Positions 29,314 through 40,104 of a stretch of DNA of 64,000 bases are shown in pieces; within the stretch, counting starts at the first letter, position 1; each line of letters starts with the position of its first letter. This DNA is from Deltaproteobacteria bacterium TL4 (GTDB lineage Bacteria > SAR324 > NAC60-12), in NCBI GenBank assembly GCA_051382335.1, contig JBBCAX010000253.1, positions 1 through 64,000 on the forward strand, in the 5' to 3' direction. The translations under genes were made by a program, and so were the position numbers. The notes under the pieces are model-generated. The model did no database searches and had not been told where the DNA came from. It saw nothing but the letters and a program-made list of their open reading frames with translations.

Positions 29314-32300
29314 ATGCAAACTGTTGAGAACTATACACTCATCCGGGAAATATACCAATCGCCGAGTACACTCATCTTTCAAGCAAAACGTAAGCACGAT
29401 GATTACCCGGTTGTCTTGAAAATGTTGAATAAAGATCGTCCCACACCTGAAGATCTTGCCCGCTTTATTCGGGAATTTGAGGTCAGTCACTCCCTCAAAA
29501 TGGAAGGCGTGGTTAAAGCGCTTTCACTGGTACAAGATCAACATACTCCGGTTATTGTTTTTGATGACTCGGGCGAAGGACAGTCTTTGGATCGCTTGAT
29601 AAAAAAGGGACCGCTTTCCCTTCCCACCTTTTTAACCATTGCCATACACATCGTTGATGCCCTCGGAAGTCTTCATCAACGCAAGATCATTCATAAGGAC
29701 CTCAAACCTCATAATATCCTTTATTACGAAGCCACTCACAGCATCAAACTGATTGATTTTGGACTCTCAACCAAACTTCATATCGAAAAACCCGAAAAAC
29801 TGGCCACTACCGCACTTGAGGGGTCGTTGGCCTATATTTCACCGGAACAAACAGGTCGTATGAATCGTCCTCTTGATTATCGTACGGACTATTACTCTCT
29901 GGGGATCACTTTCTATGAAATGCTTCATGGCGTTCCCCCTTTTCAAAGCAAAGACCCGCTTTCGTTAATTCACAGCCACATTGCCAAACTGCCTCCGTTT
30001 CTGCATCTGATTCAACCGGAAATCCCTGAAGCCATTTCCCGGATTGTGATGAAATTAATTGAGAAAAATGCTGAAAACCGATATCAAAGCTGGTTTGGAC
30101 TCAAAAGCGATTTAATGCGCTGCGCAGATGAGTTAAAAGCTAACGCCAATATCGTACCTTTTCCCCTTGCCCAGCGGGATATCTCGGAGCAATTTCAATT
30201 TCCCGCCAGGCTGTATGGCCGCAGAGAAGAGGCCTTACTGCTTTTAGACTCCTTCGAAAGAGTAACCTTGGGAGGCGTTGAAATGGTTTGGATTAATGGG
30301 GCTTCAGGAGTTGGCAAATCCACCTTGATTCATGAACTGCATAAGCCCTTGACCATGCGTAATGGCTACTTTCTTTCAGGAAAATTTGAACAACTCTATC
30401 AAAAGGAAGCCTACAGCGCGTTCATCCAGGCTTTTAAATCGGCGGTCTATGAGATCATGGGGGAAAGTAATGAGAGTCTCCGTTCCTGGCGAAAAAAGTT
30501 ACACACCGCCTTGGAATCAAATGGGCAACTCATTATCGATTTAATTCCTGAGGTTGAATACCTCATCGGCCCACAACCTTTGGTGCAAGAGATGGGTCCC
30601 ACCGAAAGCAAAAATCGCTTTCATCGGGTGTTGCTGCGCTTTATTAATACCTTTGCCAGTAAACATCACCCCCTGGTGTTGTTTTTGGATGATTTACAAT
30701 GGGCCGACTCCGCCTCGTTGAATCTGATTGAAAAGCTGCTTACCGAACATAACCAGGCCTACCTGTTACTCATCGGAGCCTATCGTGACAATGAAGTCAA
30801 TCCCGCGCACTTGCTGGCTCTGACCTTGGATCGCTTAAAAAAACGTAATGCGGTTTTGCATACGCTCCATCTGGATCCCTTGAATGAAGCCACGCTGACC
30901 GAGTTGATTGCGGATACCCTTCATTCCACGGAAGCTCAAGTGAGTCATCTTTCACAAATTGTTTTTGCGAAAACGCATGGCAATCCTTTCTATGTTCAGG
31001 AGTTATTGAACAATCTGCATGATGAAGGGATTGTGAAATTTTCTCATGCTGAAGGGTGTTGGCAGTGGAATAAAGAAAAAATTGAGAGCATTCGAGTTCG
31101 TGAAAGTGTGGTGGAATTCATGATCACCCGCTTTAACAAACTTCCTGTTCAAACCAGGGAAATGCTTCAAACGGCCTCGTGTATCGGAAATGATTTCGAA
31201 CTAAAAACCTTGGCCTTGATTCGTGATACCAACCCTTCTACCATCGCAAAGTCCCTCTGGCCGGCGATTGAAAAGGGAATCTTGACGCCTTTAGGGGACT
31301 ACCAACTGCTGCATGTGGAAAATGGTCAGGATTTGAATATTTCATCAGATTTCGGGGTTCACTACAGATTCCGACACGATCGTTTGCGTCAGGTGGCTTA
31401 TGACTTGATGGAGCCTTCCATCAGAAGTGCCCTGCATCTCCATATAGGTCGGCATTTGTTGGAACATGTCCCCAAAGGTGAGGACGATAGCTGGACTTTT
31501 CAAGTAGTGCGGCAACTCAATTCCGGAAGAACGCTGATCACAGATCCTCAAGAAAAAGAAAGCCTGGCGGAACTCAACCTTAAAGCCTCAATTAAAGCTA
31601 AACAGGCGACAGCTTATCAACCTGCGCTCGAATACATTGAAGTGGGGTTGAGCTTACTTCATCAAACAACCTGGGAAAGCCATTATGATTTACGTTATAG
31701 AATGGTCATGCAATATTCGGAGTGCGCCTACCTTTGTAAAGCCTTTGAATTGGCAGAAAAACAAAGTGAATTGTTATTGCAATACGCAAAAACCAATTTT
31801 CAAAAAGCTGAAATCTATGGGATGCGAAGTTTTCAATATCATGCCTTGGGTAAAAATTTAGAGGCCGTCAAAACAGGGTTGCAAGGCATTGAACAATTAG
31901 GGCTTAAAATACCGTTCCACCCGAACAAACTGCTGGTAATTCGTGAACTGTTGCTGGCCAAGTGGCTTTTGCGTAATAAAAGCATTGACGACTTGTTGAA
32001 TTTACCCCAAATGACCAGTAAGGAAAACAGGTTGCTCATCAAACTTTGCCGTTTTATTGGCATTTTGGTTTATACCACTGAAAATCGGAATTTGCTGGGC
32101 CTGGGAATTATGAAGATTCTGACCTATTCCTTGCGTTTTGGCAATGCACCCGAATCTTCTATTGGATACAATGCGTATGGCATGATTTTAGGCTCAGTGT
32201 TTGGTAATTATAAAAAAGGCTACGCCTTTGGAAAACTGGCTCTTCGGTTGAACGATTTCCATAATGATTTAAGTTTAAAAAGCTACAATGAGCTGATCTA

Positions 32301-34638
32301 CTTGACGGGAATTCATCATTGGAATAATCACCTGAATACCTTAACACCGCTCTATAACCACGCGTTGCAAGCCTCCTTACAGTCCGGGGATTTGGCGAAC
32401 TCTGCGGCGATTAGTGTCTTGATTTATTTTTTTGACACCAATCTTACGTTAAGGACTCTATTAAAAAAACAGGAACCTTATGTAGATATTTTAAAAAGTA
32501 TCCAAAACCCCGAGTATCTTGAGATCATGCATCTCATCAGGCAATATCGACTTTGCCTTTTGGGACTGACCCAAAGCCGCATCTCCATGAGTGATGCACA
32601 CTTTGACGAAAAGGTCTGCCTTCAACGCTTGCAACAGTACGGCTCACAAATTGGAATAGCCTTGGCCAAAGTCAGCCAATTCCTGTTGTACTGCATGTAT
32701 GAAGATTATCAAAAAGCCTCACAATTAATGCCGGATCTGATTCAATTTGAAAATGCCTTTTCTGATATCGCACTCCTCGTTTCTGCGGCCCTGAGACGTT
32801 TCATTACACTGGCAACTCGTTTTCCTGAAATGAACTGGTGGGAAAAGTTAAAAGCCAAATGGCGCATGAACAAAGACTATCAAAGGATGAAACGTTGGAC
32901 GCAGCATTTCCCAGATAATTGTCGCCATTGTACTTTTTTAATGGAGGCCGAGTTTCAAAGACTTTCAGACCATCCTTTCGAAGCCGGAAACCTTTATGAT
33001 CGAGCGCTGGAAGAGGCCAAAAAGAATGAATTTTTAGAAGATCAAGCCCTCATTAATCAACTTGCCGCAAAATTTTATTATCAACATCAACAAATGAAGG
33101 CCGCGCAACTCTATATGAAGGAAGCGGTTCGGCTTTATGAAGACTGGGGCGCTGTAGAAAAAGTCAAATATCTCCAGGAACGCTATCCTGAGTTAATCAC
33201 GGTTTCGCCTGAAGTGGAACAGACACCCGTTGCTTCTTTACGTTCGATGGTGCTTGATCCTCGTACTATTTCTATGTCAACGAATACCACGGCCTCAGGT
33301 CATTCTCTGGATCTTTCTTCTGTTTTAAAAGCCTCACAAAGTATCTCACGGGAAATCAATTTGACTCGTCTGCTTAAAATATTAATTGAAAATATTATTG
33401 AGAATGCGGGTGCTGAACGAGGGTTTCTCATGCTGAAAGAAAATGTAGGTCAACGGATGTTGGTTCAAGCAGAAGGAAACGCCAATACCGGGGAAATTAA
33501 AATAATGAGTGGAGAAAGTGTTCGGGAGTTTGATCGAGTCGCTCGAAGTATCACTCAATATGTAATTCGTACCCAGGGGAATGTGGTTCTGCATGACGCT
33601 TCAAATGAAGGAACTTTTACCAATGATCCTTATGTGATTAAAAATCAGCCTCGCTCTCTGCTCTGTTCTCCCATCATCAACCATGGCGCCTTGGTGGGAT
33701 TGATCTACCTGGAAAACAACTTAAGCACAGGCGTCTTTACTGAAGAACGCCTGGAAATCCTCAATTTACTTTCAACGCAAGCGGCAATTTCCATAGAAAA
33801 TGCTTACCATTATCGAGATTTAAAAGAACGGGAACGTTTAAAAATGGAGTTGGAAACGGCCCATACGGTGCAAGAATTTCTGATTCCAAAAGAAAATCCT
33901 CAGTTGGAGGCAATCGAAATTGCCAGCTTTTATCAGTTCGCTTCTGAAACAGGCGGGGATTGGTATGATTTTCGTTATACCCCTCATCTCAACACCTTGG
34001 ATGTGATGATTGGAGACGTCACAGGACATGGGGTCCCTGCCGCCTTAATCACTGCCGCGGCTAGTAGCGCAATGGAACAGTTATTACAATATAGACAACG
34101 CATTGTTGACGAAGGGACTCCCGATCCAAGGCTTTTTAACCCCGATTACCTGCTCACCCAACTCAATTATGTCCTGCATAAAAAAACAAGTGGACGTTAT
34201 ACCATGAGTTTTTTCTATTCCAGTATTGATCTGAACACCAAAGTCATGAGTTACTCCTGTGCGGCACATCCGCCCTGTTTCCTTTGGAGACCCAGTCAAT
34301 TCACCACGGAACGCAATATGACCCAGGTCAAAAAACCAATTGCACGACTTAAAATGAGGTCCGCGTTAATGGGGTCTTATAAAGAAAGTCAGTATGTGAC
34401 TCAAACCCAGCAACTACAGAAAGATGATGTTCTGGTATGGTATACGGATGGCTTGACTGAGAACCTGAACCCCCAACATCAAATGTTTGGCAGTCGGAAA
34501 ATAATCAACATCTTGAGTGCTGCCGATGGAAAAACCGCGCAAGAAATCCAAAAAGAGATTTTGGATGCCGCTTATCTCCATTACGCCAATCAACCTGCTG
34601 AAGATGATATCACGCTCATTGTCGCGAGGATTCGATAG
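29314..34638 (+). CDS. Ser/Thr kinase - AAA/STAND ATPase - helical - GAF - PP2C (SpoIIE) signalling protein
   Basis: HKDLKPHN, DFG, SPEQTGRMNR; GASGVGKS, LFLDDLQWAD; YLENN GAF; GGDWYD, GDVTGHG, YTDG, DDIT. Confidence 0.92.
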   Translation: MQTVENYTLIREIYQSPSTLIFQAKRKHDDYPVVLKMLNKDRPTPEDLARFIREFEVSHSLKMEGVVKALSLVQDQHTPVIVFDDSGEGQSLDRLIKKGPLSLPTFLTIAIHIVDALGSLHQRKIIHKDLKPHNILYYEATHSIKLIDFGLSTKLHIEKPEKLATTALEGSLAYISPEQTGRMNRPLDYRTDYYSLGITFYEMLHGVPPFQSKDPLSLIHSHIAKLPPFLHLIQPEIPEAISRIVMKLIEKNAENRYQSWFGLKSDLMRCADELKANANIVPFPLAQRDISEQFQFPARLYGRREEALLLLDSFERVTLGGVEMVWINGASGVGKSTLIHELHKPLTMRNGYFLSGKFEQLYQKEAYSAFIQAFKSAVYEIMGESNESLRSWRKKLHTALESNGQLIIDLIPEVEYLIGPQPLVQEMGPTESKNRFHRVLLRFINTFASKHHPLVLFLDDLQWADSASLNLIEKLLTEHNQAYLLLIGAYRDNEVNPAHLLALTLDRLKKRNAVLHTLHLDPLNEATLTELIADTLHSTEAQVSHLSQIVFAKTHGNPFYVQELLNNLHDEGIVKFSHAEGCWQWNKEKIESIRVRESVVEFMITRFNKLPVQTREMLQTASCIGNDFELKTLALIRDTNPSTIAKSLWPAIEKGILTPLGDYQLLHVENGQDLNISSDFGVHYRFRHDRLRQVAYDLMEPSIRSALHLHIGRHLLEHVPKGEDDSWTFQVVRQLNSGRTLITDPQEKESLAELNLKASIKAKQATAYQPALEYIEVGLSLLHQTTWESHYDLRYRMVMQYSECAYLCKAFELAEKQSELLLQYAKTNFQKAEIYGMRSFQYHALGKNLEAVKTGLQGIEQLGLKIPFHPNKLLVIRELLLAKWLLRNKSIDDLLNLPQMTSKENRLLIKLCRFIGILVYTTENRNLLGLGIMKILTYSLRFGNAPESSIGYNAYGMILGSVFGNYKKGYAFGKLALRLNDFHNDLSLKSYNELIYLTGIHHWNNHLNTLTPLYNHALQASLQSGDLANSAAISVLIYFFDTNLTLRTLLKKQEPYVDILKSIQNPEYLEIMHLIRQYRLCLLGLTQSRISMSDAHFDEKVCLQRLQQYGSQIGIALAKVSQFLLYCMYEDYQKASQLMPDLIQFENAFSDIALLVSAALRRFITLATRFPEMNWWEKLKAKWRMNKDYQRMKRWTQHFPDNCRHCTFLMEAEFQRLSDHPFEAGNLYDRALEEAKKNEFLEDQALINQLAAKFYYQHQQMKAAQLYMKEAVRLYEDWGAVEKVKYLQERYPELITVSPEVEQTPVASLRSMVLDPRTISMSTNTTASGHSLDLSSVLKASQSISREINLTRLLKILIENIIENAGAERGFLMLKENVGQRMLVQAEGNANTGEIKIMSGESVREFDRVARSITQYVIRTQGNVVLHDASNEGTFTNDPYVIKNQPRSLLCSPIINHGALVGLIYLENNLSTGVFTEERLEILNLLSTQAAISIENAYHYRDLKERERLKMELETAHTVQEFLIPKENPQLEAIEIASFYQFASETGGDWYDFRYTPHLNTLDVMIGDVTGHGVPAALITAAASSAMEQLLQYRQRIVDEGTPDPRLFNPDYLLTQLNYVLHKKTSGRYTMSFFYSSIDLNTKVMSYSCAAHPPCFLWRPSQFTTERNMTQVKKPIARLKMRSALMGSYKESQYVTQTQQLQKDDVLVWYTDGLTENLNPQHQMFGSRKIINILSAADGKTAQEIQKEILDAAYLHYANQPAEDDITLIVARIR

Positions 34639-34651
34639 TCTCTGCTGAATT

Positions 34652-34897
34652 TTAGGCACCTTTAAATGATTTAAAAATATTTATTGATACAATTTCGATT
34701 TTGCCCGAAGGATGAAAATTGTAACCAATTCTAAAAAGTTCGGTTGAAACATAACGTCTTGTATTCCCTGCCCAGATTCCTCGATCTGGGTTGAGTTCAA
34801 TCAAATGAATTGCTCGAAGAATTTCTTTTGTTAAACTTGGATTGCTTAATTCCATTTCTATGAGCATCTTAACAATTTCGGAATACCAATCAGCCAT
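34652..34897 (-). CDS. RelE/ParE-like toxin
   Basis: AIHLIELNPDRG..RR..FRIGY..IEIVSI pattern; overlaps antitoxin by 8 bp. Confidence 0.62.
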   Translation of the reverse strand: MADWYSEIVKMLIEMELSNPSLTKEILRAIHLIELNPDRGIWAGNTRRYVSTELFRIGYNFHPSGKIEIVSINIFKSFKGA

Positions 34898-35138
34898 TGT
34901 TATTTCTCACCGCTGCAAGCATTGCCTCCACTTGCTCCGTAGTGTACTTTGGTTTTCCTTGTTGTCTTAATTCTGCTAAATCCATTTCCGTATTGACCAA
35001 CTTCATCTCCATCTCTAAATATCTTGATTTGGGGAGGACTACCACTTCTTCTTGTGGACTTTTAATTTCTATTGGATACCCAAGGGACATTATTTTGGAG
35101 AAATTTTTCCTGGCTTCACTGATTTTATAGACTTCCAT
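34890..35138 (-). CDS. Phd/YefM-like antitoxin
   Basis: ISEARKNFSKIM..PIEI..VVVLP..Y. Confidence 0.72.
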   Translation of the reverse strand: MEVYKISEARKNFSKIMSLGYPIEIKSPQEEVVVLPKSRYLEMEMKLVNTEMDLAELRQQGKPKYTTEQVEAMLAAVRNNNG

Positions 35139-35171
35139 AAGCAAATACAGCTAAGAGTTGATAAATTAATT

Positions 35172-35199
35172 ACTATAATTTGTAACAATAATGATACAA
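35172..35199 (-). promoter_or_regulatory. TA promoter with overlapping palindromic operator
   Basis: Minus strand TTGTAT-N16-TATAGT; TTGTAACAATAATGATACAA is 16/20 self-complementary. Confidence 0.5.
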
Positions 35200-35313
35200 C
35201 TTAACAAGTAATATTTTGTTTCAAAACGTCTGGATGGCTCCCCATTTAACGCGGGACAATAAATTTTTTTAATCGTAAGCTTAACTTAACTCCAGGCCTT
35301 CTTTTCCATTTAT

Positions 35314-35892
35314 TAGACATCTTTCCAAAATAAAACCTGGATTTTGCGGGTTTGCTGGCATCCTCCTCCTTTACAGTTTTTCAGAATTTCAAATACATTG
35401 TAAAGAGGACAAATGAGCGGCTTTGATCAACTGAGAACCCAAAAACCTGAGAAATTGGCTACTCCCTTAAGCCGGGACAGCTATTCAAAGTAGGATGTGT
35501 ACAACCTCTCCGGTTCCCGTGTGATGATAGCTAATCATCGCACCTTTTTGAAGCAACTTAAAGATACAAGGATGTGTTAGCCGGTAGGCGTAACGCCTCA
35601 ATAAACCCGCCTCTGCCTGATGCGTTACGCTCGCAAGCTCGCTAACACATCCTACCCTGTGTCCCGGCTTTGTAAGAAAGTGGTAGAAGGGGACTACGTG
35701 CCCCTCACTTTGTCGGGCATGTAATCCCGGCCTACCAATTACTTTCATGCTTCGTTGTGAGACTTGTCTCATGGGGGTTAAGTGAGTAGCCAAGAAATTT
35801 ACACGAGAAACAGGGACCCCTTTGAAAAAATTCAAAAACCTGCGCAAAGCCGTCACCACTATTAATAAGTGAACAGGTCTTAAAAAAAGACG
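35314..35892 (+). mobile_element. IS left-end remnant, copy 2, interrupted by a MITE
   Basis: Matches reverse complement of 281-515 once 35457-35791 is removed. Confidence 0.7.
35457..35791. mobile_element. MITE (possibly IS1595-related) with several REP-like palindromes
   Basis: TIRs GGCTACTC(C/A)CTTAA; flanks gagaaatt / aagaaatt; absent from copy 1; aggatgtgttagc..cgtaacgc / gcgttacg..gctaacacatcctac inside. Confidence 0.78.
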
Positions 35893-35934
35893 GGCTATAG
35901 TCATCGTTTCGCCAATCCAGCAATCAAACGATTT

Positions 35935-36995
35935 TCAGGGTATTGCTCCTTTGCTCCTTTTTTCTGGAAGCCGCCGGTCTGGATAAGGGAGGCATCCGTC
36001 GCAAGAGCCATTGAAATCTTCTTGCCGCTCAGGACTCAACTCCCGCCAGTCCACATCCCTCCACGCCAAAGTCTGTAACAATGGTTCAGACTTTTCCCTC
36101 AAGCGACGTTTCTCTTCAGGGTTTGAAGATTTACGGGCACATTCCTGAAAATAAAGAGCAGGAAGCAGAAAGTGGAGCCTTTGATCTTCCCGCAGTTTGG
36201 AAAGCTCCCACCCCCGCATCATTTCCCCGATCATAAACCAGACAAAGACCAGAGTGGCCTGCCTTTGATCCACCAGGCGCAACACCCTCTTGATTTCTCT
36301 GGCTGATTTGTTCCAGAGCGTCTTTGACTTCGGTTTGTCGGTTTTGCGCTGTTTCCAGTTTTTCTTGGGCGAGTTTCTCAGCGCTCACGGCAGACTCGAT
36401 CCGTTTTTCAAAATCAGGCGCCCGTCCAGGAGGTCTGTTTTGAAAGAACGCTTCCTGTTGCTCTCGCCGCGTTTGAGTCTGTTGGACAGCGTTTTGATAC
36501 GGCTTTTCCGCTTCTACACTTTGGGCTTTCAAGGCCAGCAAGGTGGCCTGTGAAAGAGCCTGAAGCGGATGAAATAAATCGGGGGCATGATGTGCCGACA
36601 AGCCTTGGGTGATGTGGTTTAACAACCCTTTTCCTTCATCACTTCCCACCTGAATCACCTCCACCGGCATTCCCTTCATGGCCTTTGAGAGTTCCTCCGT
36701 CCCTGTTTTTCCTTCACGATGGGGCGCATAGGTTTCCAAAACGATATAATTCGAGACCGCTTCCAGTCCCACTAGACAGAGTTGATCTCCATGAAAGGTT
36801 TCATCCTCTAACATCGTAATCCGCTTGGGACTCATCCTCGCTGATAAGCGAGCCCCTTCTTCCTTCTGATAAGGACGAATCAACTCCGCCACTTCCTGCC
36901 CAAACGAGCTTTGACTCCCGTGAGAGGAACCCACAAAGGACGAACTTTGACTTAACTCCAAAAAATGGCAGAGGACATTGATTCCATCGGAATTC
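35935..36995 (-). pseudogene. Degraded DUF6399-type transposase-like gene
   Basis: EDETF..LCLVGLEAVSNYIVLE, SDEGKGL, HHAPDLFH; split over two frames and truncated. Confidence 0.65.
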
Positions 36996-37002
36996 CTCAT
37001 AG

Positions 37003-37229
37003 AGCGAACCTGTGTGTTCGCCCTGATCCCGGGCAGACACACAGGTCTGCCCCTACGGAACAAAACCCAAACCAGGTGGTAAATCAAAGACCGTTTTTTG
37101 ACACATGGCCGAAAATGTGACCAACCCCAATGAATTCCTCAGGGAAACCTTATTTTGCAGGTTTTCTTTCGTGTTTTTAGTGTTTTTCGTGGTTTTAAAA
37201 AGGTACCTGCACAGCTCGAAATTTTTTAT
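37003..37229. repeat. Right part of composite repeat shared with 50794-51284
   Basis: REP pair gcgaacctgtgtgttcgccct / gggcagacacacaggtctgcccctac, TIR tggccgaaaatgtgaccaacccc, end acctgcacagctcgaaa. Confidence 0.85.
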
Positions 37230-37318
37230 TATAGACTTTGCCTTAGAGGATGTTTATATATGAAGTTTTTATCCGCTCGAAATATAATACATACACCCGC
37301 TTGAAGAGAAATGAAGAT

Positions 37319-38602
37319 ATGACACAAGGTAGACCCCTGGAAAACCGACTCGCAGAATCTTTGAATAAGGATTGTCATTGTATCGCTGTGGATAAAGAGG
37401 TTCTGCACAGCAGCTTGGAAGCACATCTGAGTGATTTCGGTATGCCTGAGCAGCTCCTGGATGTTCATAGCCAGTTATTTGCGACCTCGCCTGTTTTTTT
37501 GTGGCAGGGACACATCAAAAAAATGGAACAACTGATTCTCGCTATAGAAAGTGTGATCCACAATGAGGGCTACCGTGAGAGAGTCCTGACCTCTGCTCCG
37601 GACACGGCCCAAAAAGACTTTGGACCCCGAGGTGTTTTTTTTGGCTACGACTTCCATCTTGGAGTCGAAGGCCCTCAACTGATTGAGATCAACACCAATG
37701 CTGGCGGAGTGTTGCTGAATCTTTATCTGGCTACGGCTCAACGAGCATGTTGCCCTGAAATCGACGCCTTATTTGACGGGAAAGTTAATTTTGAGGACGT
37801 TGAAAACCAACTGATAACAATGTTCCGTGAAGAGTGGAAATTACAGTGTCCAAACCAAACCCTACGCACCATCGCCATCGTTGACAACGAACCGGAAACA
37901 CAGTTTTTATATCCCGAATTTTTACTCTTTCGATCACTGTTCAAACGACACGGCCTTGAGGCCATCATCGCCGATCCCAAAGCCTTCACCCTAGAGGATA
38001 ACACTTTGTGGATAGGAGCGAAAAGGATCGATTTGGTCTATAATCGACTCACGGACTTTTATCTCGAAACACCTGAGTGCACGTGTTTAAAAGAGTCCTA
38101 TCAAAAAGGTTTGGCCGTTTTCACGCCCTCCCCCCATGTTTACGCACTCAGTGCGGACAAACGAAATCTGCCACTGTTATCAGATGTGAAGCTACTGAGA
38201 CAATTCGGCATAGAGGAGCAAACAATCAATATATTGAGTCAATCGGTGCCCATGACAGTGGCCGTGACGAACGAAAATGCCTCACAGCTCTGGGAAAACA
38301 GGAAACAGAATTTTTTCAAACCAGCCAATGGCTATGGCAGTCGTGGTGCGTATCGTGGTGCCAAACTTACCCGCCGGGTCTGGGAAAACATCATCCACTC
38401 CAATTACATCGCCCAGTCCGTCATCCCTCCCAGTGAACGGGTTCTGATCATCAATGGCGAAAAACAATCCCTCAAACTTGACCTGCGTTGTGTCACCTAT
38501 AACGGCAGGATTCAACAGCTATCGGCACGACTCTATCAGGGCCAGACAACTAACCTGAGAACCAAAGGTGGAGGACTTGCCACAGTCTTCCCAACACCGT
38601 GA
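37319..38602 (+). CDS. Circularly permuted ATP-grasp / glutathionylspermidine-synthase-like ligase
   Basis: DFHL..PQLIEINTNAGG, VYNR, KPANGYGSRG, DLR; start uncertain. Confidence 0.7.
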   Translation: MTQGRPLENRLAESLNKDCHCIAVDKEVLHSSLEAHLSDFGMPEQLLDVHSQLFATSPVFLWQGHIKKMEQLILAIESVIHNEGYRERVLTSAPDTAQKDFGPRGVFFGYDFHLGVEGPQLIEINTNAGGVLLNLYLATAQRACCPEIDALFDGKVNFEDVENQLITMFREEWKLQCPNQTLRTIAIVDNEPETQFLYPEFLLFRSLFKRHGLEAIIADPKAFTLEDNTLWIGAKRIDLVYNRLTDFYLETPECTCLKESYQKGLAVFTPSPHVYALSADKRNLPLLSDVKLLRQFGIEEQTINILSQSVPMTVAVTNENASQLWENRKQNFFKPANGYGSRGAYRGAKLTRRVWENIIHSNYIAQSVIPPSERVLIINGEKQSLKLDLRCVTYNGRIQQLSARLYQGQTTNLRTKGGGLATVFPTP

Positions 38603-38745
38603 GGATCCTGTTACGGATCACTTCATCCAACAGAGGAGAGGTTCCCCTTTCTGAGGAGTTTTCACCTGAATAGGGAGGGGAGGGGATCACGCGTTCTTAA
38701 AGAGTCAACACCTTGCCGCTAAAGCTATTTCACAACAGAAACTCG

Positions 38746-40101
38746 CTATAAAAGTTGTAGGACATCATTGAAACTAACCAGTAAGATGAGTCCCATCAGT
38801 AAGGAGAATCCTATAATTTGAGTGCGTTCTCTGGATTCCACACTTAAAGGGGCTCCTTTGATTTTTTCAAGAAGGAGGAAGAAAATGTGCCCACCATCCA
38901 AGACAGGAATAGGAAACAGATTGAAAATTCCCAACTGAAGACTGATTGCCGCAATCAAAAAAAAGAGCTCTGCAATACTGCTTCGAGCCGCCTCACCCAA
39001 GACTTTTCCTATACGGATGGGTCCCCCCAATTCGTCCATTGAGCCTTTTCCTTGAAAGGCTCTTCCTAAAAACTGAAAGGTGCTTCGGGTAATCGCGTAA
39101 ATTTGCTTCGTCCCCTTTTCTACAGATTCGAAGACACCAGAGGATTCTCTGGCACTGGCGACTCTCATTCCCAGAAAATAACTCTGCTCTTTCTCTGAGA
39201 AATGAGGGGTAATTTCCATAACATGAATCACCCCACTTCGTTCAAACTCAAGCACCAGGGGCACCGAATTGACTGAAGGGAACTCTGGTTGTGAAAGCGT
39301 TGGAGCGTCAGGTGATGTTTGCACAGGGACCGGGGGTTGACTTTGTTGAACTAAGGTGGAGATATTACTCCAGTCCTTCACAGGCTGTCCATTAATACTC
39401 AAAATCAGATCTCCCTGCTGCACACCAGCCTCCTTTACAGGAGATATTTCCGAAAATTCGCCAACAAGCGGCAAAATATGGGGCAGCCATCCAAATCCCT
39501 GATGTTCTTCCAGGCTCTTGATGTCTCCGTGTAACTCAACTTGTGCCCCCTGTCGCAAGACCGCAACGGAGAAGGCTTGTTCTTTCTTCAGTTTTGAAAT
39601 CTCTTCATATAACGTTTTCCATGTGGCGATGTCTTTATCGTTGAACAAAAAGATTTCATCTCCGGCCTCAAACCCCATTTGAGCGGCATAGCCTTCAGGT
39701 TTTACTTCGTATAGTTGAGGTACCTGAGATAAATAAACAGGACCATTGACTCCAATCATATAAACCAGGGGCATGAATAAAAAGGCAAATAACAGATTCA
39801 CACCAGGACCGGCGACCAGGATGAAAAATCGCTGTAAAATGGACTTGGAGGCATAATTAGCGGGATCCTCAGGGTCCTCATCTTTCATATTTTGCCCCCA
39901 TAATCGCACATAGCCGCCCAAAGGAATCCAGGAGATAATATATTCCGTCTCTCCTATTTTTTTACCCCACAGCTTTGGAGGAAAACCAATCGAAAACTCC
40001 TCCACTTTCACGCCCACGTGACGAGCCGCAAGGTAATGTCCTGCCTCATGAATAAATACGAGAAAGCTTAAAACTAAAATAAAGGTTAATATGGTAGTCA
40101 T
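38746..40101 (-). CDS. rseP: RIP metalloprotease RseP
   Basis: HEAGH, PLGGYV, two PDZ-like regions, NLFPIPVLDGGH. Confidence 0.95.
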   Translation of the reverse strand: MTTILTFILVLSFLVFIHEAGHYLAARHVGVKVEEFSIGFPPKLWGKKIGETEYIISWIPLGGYVRLWGQNMKDEDPEDPANYASKSILQRFFILVAGPGVNLLFAFLFMPLVYMIGVNGPVYLSQVPQLYEVKPEGYAAQMGFEAGDEIFLFNDKDIATWKTLYEEISKLKKEQAFSVAVLRQGAQVELHGDIKSLEEHQGFGWLPHILPLVGEFSEISPVKEAGVQQGDLILSINGQPVKDWSNISTLVQQSQPPVPVQTSPDAPTLSQPEFPSVNSVPLVLEFERSGVIHVMEITPHFSEKEQSYFLGMRVASARESSGVFESVEKGTKQIYAITRSTFQFLGRAFQGKGSMDELGGPIRIGKVLGEAARSSIAELFFLIAAISLQLGIFNLFPIPVLDGGHIFFLLLEKIKGAPLSVESRERTQIIGFSLLMGLILLVSFNDVLQLL

Positions 40102-40104
40102 CTT

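Noticed and set aside
35485..35923. ORFs 35485-35904 and 35732-35923 (also 224-406, 50920-51370, 59966-60271)
   Set aside because: Read through repeat or MITE sequence without protein motifs
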